Assembly (NCBI GenBank): GCA_004431415.1
Contig: QPMI01000479.1
Coordinates: forward strand, 1-64,000
Origin: Cyanophora paradoxa CCMP329
Taxonomy: Eukaryota > Plantae > Glaucophyta
DNA: 64,000 nucleotides
Direction: 5' to 3'
Positions 57,784 through 64,000 of this stretch are shown piece after piece. The notes under the pieces are model-generated. The model was not told the DNA's origin. It searched no databases and was given only the letters and a program-made list of their open reading frames with translations. Each line of letters starts with the position of its first letter. The first letter of the stretch is position 1. A program made the translations under genes and the position numbers.

Positions 57784-60666
57784 CTACTCGAGGAGGTCGA
57801 GGAGGTCGCGTACCCCCTGCACCGCCTCGTGCACGAACCTGCCGCCCCGCCGCCCCCCGCGTTACGGGCGGGCGGGGTACTGGAGTGTAGGGCTGGGGCC
57901 GGGGTGGGTGCTAGAGAGCAGGGCGGGGGCGGGGTGGACGCCGACGGGGGCGCCCGAGCGGGTTCTGAAGGGGCGCTGCGGGCGCGGTACTGGAGTGTAG
58001 CCTAGGGGGGGGGGGGGGAGGGGGGGGGGGGGCCGGGGCCGGAGTGGAAGGCTGGCCTAGTAGAGCGGGTGCTAGAGAGCAGGGCCGGGCCGGGGGGGGG
58101 GGGCCGATGCCTGGGGCGCCCCAACGGGTTCTAGAGGGTGGGGTCGGGGCGTGGGCGGGGGGGCGGGGCCGGGGCGCACGTTGAGAGCGGCTTCATGGGG
58201 AACGCCGACGGTCCCTCCGCCGCCAGCCGCCTGGGGGGAGGAGTCAGGGGGGGTACAGGAGGAACGGGGGGGGGAGGGGGGGAGGGGGCGCGCGTGACGT
58301 TCTCCTCGATCTCGCGGTAGCCCGTCAGGGAGCGCCGCCGCGTCTCCCAGCCCTCCCAGGGCGTGCTGCGCCCCGGCCCCCCTCAGCCGCGGGGTACACG
58401 ATCCGATTGGAGGGGGGGTACCTGAAGAGGGCGTAGAGGAGGGAGGTGGGGAGCCAAGCGACGTAGAGCGCGAGCGTGCTGCGGGGCCGGGGCGGGGGCC
58501 GAAGGCGTCAGACGAGCTCAGGTGAATCGCGGGCTCCCGGGTACGCGCGACGCACCAGAGGGTCCAGGGTACCCCCCCGGAGGTCCAGCTCTGGCCCGCG
58601 AGAAGCGCAGCGTCCACAGCCTCCTCGGAGCCGAAGAGGAAGACCGGCGCCTGGGTACGCGAAATCAGCGCGAAACTTCGTGGTACCCAGTATTGGGGGT
58701 ACCTTGAGCGAGAAGAAGAGGGCGGCGGAGGCGGCGGGGGGGGGAGTGCGAGGGGGAGGACGCGCCGGGACCTGCCGACCCGCGTCGGGGGGTACAGATA
58801 CGCCTCGGGGGGGGGGGGGGAAAGGGGGGCGGGGTGGGTACACGCAGAGGAGGAAGGAATCGGAGCGCGCGATGTCCTCCTGCCGCAGGGGTTCGAGATC
58901 AAATCGAAATTTGGCAAGGCAGAGAAGGGGAGGGGGGTACGGGGGTCATGCGGGTCCAGGGGTGGAGGGTGCAGCGCTGCGAGCCGATCTGTGCCGGGGG
59001 TACGAAAGAAAGAGAGGGGGCACACCGCCTCAGCAAACTTGTGAGGACGGGGTGAAGGGGTACGGGGTTGCAGGGACGGCTCACCTCGAAGACGAAGCCG
59101 GGTACGCGGTCCTCCTCGACGTCGCGGGGGTCGGGGGGTAGAGGCCTCTCCAGGACGGCGGCGGCGGCCCCCAGCTCGGCACCCGCCCAGCCCTAAAGAG
59201 GCGGGGGCCCGGATCAGATCCCACCGCAAGCTCTCAGGTTCAGGTGAGTGAGAGGGGGAGGGGGGGGGGTCACCTGGGAGACGCGCGAGGCGAGGGTGCG
59301 GAGCTGCGGGGCAGGTCCGGCTCAGGTGAGGGGCGCCGCAGATCGCGAGCAGAGCACGCGAGCTTGCCGCGTCCTCGCCCTAGCTTCCTACAATCCCGCA
59401 CGATCTATATATAGCGCGCACTCGCCGCCCTCGTCCTCCAAAAGACTCTGACCAGCGTGGCCCCGGCCCAGTGAGCTTCTAGGACCGCCCAGCCTCGCAC
59501 CTGCTTCGCCGTGGCCTCGGCCCGCCCCCGCAGCTCCTCCTCCAGCTCCTCCAGCTGCCCCCGCAGCTCCCCCAGGTCCTCCAGCGTCACCTGAGCCGGC
59601 GGGGGTACCGTAGTACGGAGGTTCGGCTTCGTGAGGTACGGGGGGCGGGGGCTGGAGTTACGCGCCTCGGCCGCGAAGGACTGGCCGCTCGCCTGGCTCC
59701 ACCTTAGCACCTGAAGAAGGGGGGGGATTAGGAGGGAGTACGGAGGCTCCAGGGGGTACGGGCGCAAACCGCGTCGAGCTGCTCGGCCTGCATTGCAGAG
59801 AATCGCGCGTACGCCCGCGCCGCACGCAGCTCTTCCGCAAGCTCTCCCAGCTCCTGCGAGGGGGGGGGGGGGGGGGGGGTTACGCGTTCGGTACTGCGGG
59901 GGTAAGCCTTCGGCGAGATCGGGCAGGGGGCGTACATCGATCTCGGAGTCGAGCAGGTCGCTGGCGTCCGCGACCTGGGGGGGTATCCTGAGCTCGTCCC
60001 TGCGGGGGCGCCGCGCGATCACAGCTCGCAGTTAGATTCGCAGGCGGACGGGAGGGACGTGGGGAGGGACTCCGGGAGGGCTCGCTGAGATAGGTCGGAT
60101 CGAGTCTAGATTTACTAGGGTTACTTGTGAATGAAGGGTTTAAGAGCAGAAGCTAGAGCGGTCAGCGGGCGCGCGGCGCGCGGCTGAGGGGCTCGCGGCT
60201 CTGGGGCGGCTGCGGCGCTCGATTGGCAGTGATTGCGATTGGCAGCGCACCGGCATCGCTCGGCGGCCACATTGAACTCGCGCTGCTTCTCGTTGACGAA
60301 GTGGACGAGCTCGAAGGGGTCCGTCGTGTCTGGGATCACGCGCGGCTCGAACTGCGGCGGCGCCGGCGCCGGCACGGCCGGCGCGGCCCCCGCGTCGTCG
60401 TCGAAAGTCGCCGGGTCAAAAGCCGCGGATGCGTCCTCTTTCCTTTCGCTATCCGCGGACGAATCGCTCTGCTCCGCGCTCGCCAGGACCCGCGCCGCGC
60501 GCAGCGGCGACGGTCCGGGTCGCGCCGCTCGCCAAGCGCTGCCGGCAGTGCGCGCTGGCGTCCGAAGCCCGAGAAAGCTTCTATCTAACCGAAAGAAGCG
60601 AGCGGCGGACGCGGAGGCCAGCGTCCGCTGGGGTCGACGGCTGCCGTTGAATCTCGAAGCGGCCAT
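57784..60666 (-). CDS. Multi-exon host gene with organellar transit-peptide-like N-terminus and coiled coil
   Basis: MAASRFNGSRRPQRTLASASAARFF... (rich in Arg/Ser/Ala, with very few acidic residues), then an acidic region and LEDLGELRGQLEELEEEL. Confidence 0.5.
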
Positions 60667-60960
60667 CGCGTCGCGGTCATCGCAGGTGAGCGAGCCAACA
60701 GAGCAGTACTTCCCGCAGCGTGATGGCCATGCTAGCCGCGGAGCCGCGGCTGATGCGTCGCGGCCGACCGCCGGCGCGAGGGCCAGCCCGCCGATGCTGA
60801 AGCCAACCGCTCGATCAAGCATAAGGAGCGATATTTGCGCCAAGATGCTGCGGCAGAGCTGCTACTGTGCTCGTGCTTGTTGCGCGCTTCAGCGCTGACA
60901 GCGCCACCGGGACCGGTACCACGATTCCATCGATCCGCTGCGCCGAAAGCAGGTCCCACC

Positions 60961-63900
60961 TCGCGATCGCCAACCGCGCACCGCCCTCGCGGCATAAGAG
61001 CCCGAGGAAAGTTGAGCTCGGCACAGTCGGGCTCGTCCACAACGTGTATCAATCCCTCGCCTTTTACTAGAGATTGCCGTGTGTGACGAGCCATATCGAC
61101 ACTCAACATTTTTTAGCGGCCGCTCTGCGGTCTACCTTTCTTCTTGACAAATAAATGAAAATCGATTGGCCGGTGGACGAGGTTGATTGCGCTTCAAGTT
61201 GCATGCTACCGCGTGCAAAGTTGAATTGCAATTTGAGGGAGTTGCGCTTCTGTTGGCATTTGCAGGAAGCTTGAGATGAGAGCGAAAAGCTTGAGATGAG
61301 AGCGATGATGAGATGAGATGAGATGGAAGCTTGAGGGAGCGCAGCGGCCGACGATACGGCGTGCGAGTGTGAGCTCGAGGCGAGCGCTCCAGCTGAGCAT
61401 GCATTTGCAGCTCAACACACGCCTCGGCGTGTGCGGCAAGCGCCAGCGGGGAAAAGAGCGCCAGCGAGCCTGCACTTAAGCTTGCCGCGCAGCAGCCGCG
61501 GGCCGCTTCGGACTTCTCCGCCCTCGAGCTGCTTCCGGATCCAGACGAGCTGCTGAAGCGCGTCGTCGGCTTTCTCGGCATGCGGGAGGCGTGGGAAGTT
61601 TGCCGCCTCCCGCTTGTCAGCCGACGGATGCGCGACGCGCTCGCGTCCATCGAGTTCGACGCGCTCGTCCTTCGCGGGCAGCGCGGCGGAGTCTCGCGGT
61701 ACCGCGACGTGCCCGAGGCGGAGTCGACGTCGCGTGCAGTCGGGCGCCGTGCGGCTCGCAGGCGGCGCGCTGGAAATCGATTTCTGGCGCTCGACATTCT
61801 ATGAGGTCGACGTCGGGTGCGCGCTGCCCCGTCCTCGACGGCCATTCGGGAGTCTTTGAGCGCCCCCCCTGGCCTGCGCATGCGCGCGCAGGTCTGTGAC
61901 GGACGCCGCGGCGTGCCCAAGGCGGAGTTCCGGTCGTGGGCGCAGCGCGTGCGGTCGGGCGCCCTGCGGCTTGCGGCGGGCGGGGCGCTGGAGATCGATT
62001 TGTGGCACCCGCCGCAATATGAGGCCGGGTGCGCGCTGCCCCGTCTTCCCGTTCGGGCGTCTTTGAGCGCCCCCCTGCACGCGCAGGTCTGTCGCGGGCG
62101 CCGACAGCATCCAGCCGTCGTTCTGGGTGCCGGAGCCGGCCAGGCCCTTCCTCGCGTTCGCCTCCTCGCTGCAGGGGCTCCGCCGCTTCGTCGGGTGCGG
62201 ACGCGGCGTCTGCCGCAGTGCGCCGCACGCCGCCTTGGCTGATATCTGCACAGGGATGCGGTTGCCCGCGAAGTGAGGAGCGGGGCAGCCGGCACGAAGG
62301 CGCTAGTGCTGTGTAAGTCCTACCACCCTCTCCCCCCCCGCCCTCCAGCTCCGCTGAGCCCACCCCCGCAGGCTTCCCCCCCCCCCCCAGATCTACGGTG
62401 ATCTTGAGTACTACGGGCGTGGCAGCGCTAGCTCCACTCTACGCGGTACCCCGCCGTATCGCCAAAATCGTACTCGGTACCCTGCCGTACCCCGCCCCTC
62501 CCCGCGCCCCTCTGACGCCCCCCGGGCCGCAGCTGCAGGAGAGCCTGCGTACCCTGGCCCTGGAAGGGGGCAGCCAGCATTGGCAGACCATCACTACAGC
62601 TGTGCAGTCCCCCCCCCTTCCCCCTTCCCCCTTCTCTCCCCTTTCCCACCCCCTCCTCCCTCCTCGCCTCCTTCCTTCCCCCCCCCCCCCCCCCCCCCCT
62701 TTCGCCTCCTTCTTCCTCCCCCCCCCCCCCAACCCCCTTCGCCTCCTTTTTCCTCCCCCCCCCCATCTCCCAGAAACACCCCAGAAAGTTCCCGCCCCTC
62801 CCTCCCCTTCTTGAGCTCTGCCCCCTTCTTGAGCTCCCCTCGCCCCCTCCCCCCCCTCCCCCCCTTCCCCCCCCCCCCCGGTCTCCGGAGCGGCCTGGAG
62901 CCCCGTGCCTGGAGCGCCTGTCGGTCCACTTCACGAGCTACACGCCCGCGCGGCTCACTTCCTCCCTCGCCACCCTCGCCGCGGCCCTCCTGTCCGCCCC
63001 CCCCCCCCCCCCCCCTGCTACTCGCCGTCTCCTTCCCGGGCTCTGTACCCCCCCGCGACCGCTTTTGAAGCCACCCAAACCGCCGTACTCCGCGGCCGCT
63101 CTGCGAAGGTGGGTACCGGGTCTCAATCTTCTCCGTACCCTCCGCACCTCTCTGAACGCCGTACCCCAGGACACCCTGGAGGGGTACGACCGGGAGGCGG
63201 ACGCACCTCACTGTTCGGGAGAGCGCGGCGCTGATGGAGGGCATTGCTGACCCTCGCGGCCCTGGCGCCGCTGACGTCGATGGCGGCGCGCCCCGCCCCG
63301 GCCCCCAGCCCCGCCCCGGCCCAGGGAGACCTTGTGCTCGCCCGGCGCCTGCGGGACGACTCGGACGGGGGAGCCATCCGCCCACTTCTTAAGCTTGGCG
63401 GCCGCTAGCGCTAGCGCTGGCGCCTCGAGAACCTGGCCCGGGCTTAAAGCTTGACCCGGCTCCGAGGCTCCATGTCGCGATCGAGCTAACGCTCATTCTT
63501 ACGATCACGAACGAGAGCTTTGCCCACGTGCTACAATGGTTTTGGGACGCATGCTGCTCCCTAGAGACTCCTACAAGACTCCGGAATGATGGGCAGGGCT
63601 CGAGATCGAGAGAGGGGCACTGCGGCAGTGCACGTTGGGGGAGCGCGATCGCGATTCGAATTCGCGATCGGCGGCGGCGAATTCGAATAGGCTTCAACGT
63701 CAACGTCGACTAGCCCGACCTAGCCCGACTAGCCAACGTCGGGGCAGATAGAAGAGAGCGATCCGATGGTCATGATTATGGGACCCTGACCGGGTCGCGA
63801 TCGCCAACCGCGCACCGCCCTCGCGGCATAAGAGCCCGAGGAAAGTTGAGCTCGGCACAGTCGGGCTCGTCCACAACGTGTATCAATCCCTCGCCTTTTA

Positions 63901-64000
63901 CTAGAGATTGCCGTGTGTGACGAGCCATATCGACACTCAACATTTTTTAGCGGCCGCTCTGCGGTCTACCTTTCTTCTTGACAAATAAATGAAAATCGAT
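60961..64000 (+). repeat. Tandem segmental duplication (unit 2,834 bp; second copy starts at 63795 and runs off the window)
   Basis: 63795-64000 is identical to 60961-61166 (206 bp). Confidence 0.85.
61399..63391 (+). pseudogene. Second F-box paralogue, apparently rearranged/degenerate
   Basis: LELLPDPDELLKRVVGFLGMREAWEVCRLPLVSRRMRD is homologous to ~55000-55290. There is an internal duplication (~61700-61900 vs ~61910-62090) and frame disruptions. Confidence 0.6.

Noticed and set aside
55736-63020. Long poly-C/poly-G tracts as G-quadruplex regulatory elements or poly-Pro exons
   Set aside because: They lie mostly in introns or low-complexity DNA, and their lengths are unreliable in long-read consensus.
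21844-64000. Naming the host species
   Set aside because: The style (high GC, short introns, F-box expansions) suggests a protist/alga, but no diagnostic marker gene is present.

Overview
The window is a junction between an endogenous DNA virus and its eukaryotic host. Positions 1 to ~21843 are AT-rich, intronless and gene-dense, and form the right-hand part of a Polinton-like virus (PLV)/virophage-type element. Its core genes are a primase-polymerase fused to a D5/SF3 helicase, an A32-type packaging ATPase, a double-jelly-roll major capsid protein and two head-to-head penton genes. Its accessory genes are a patatin phospholipase fused to an F5/8-C (discoidin) domain, a ~1,900-aa fibre with a C-terminal S74 chaperone, two short fibre paralogues and a prokaryotic-type S-adenosylmethionine decarboxylase. 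It ends in a ~1.5 kb non-coding terminus with iteron-like inverted arrays and a 28-bp inverted repeat. No polB or integrase is visible, and the left end lies outside the window. Many viral genes are split by single-base frameshifts, which look more like long-read consensus errors than decay. Positions ~21844-64000 are GC-rich, intron-dense protist/algal host DNA. They contain nested TA-flanked MITEs, a ~10 kb Cys-rich (GCC2/GCC3, ephrin-receptor-like) membrane protein gene, a 5'-truncated non-LTR retrotransposon (18-bp TSD, poly-A) inserted in a histone-H3-like sequence, and F-box genes, one of them in a fresh tandem duplication. The most interesting observations are: (i) the viral vertex/entry module; (ii) an orphan AdoMetDC together with context-specific CpG depletion that the distal fibre segment lacks; (iii) replicated origin-like arrays; and (iv) pervasive 6-bp 'inverted triplication' insertions in host DNA. 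All family assignments come from motif recognition by eye; no searches were run.
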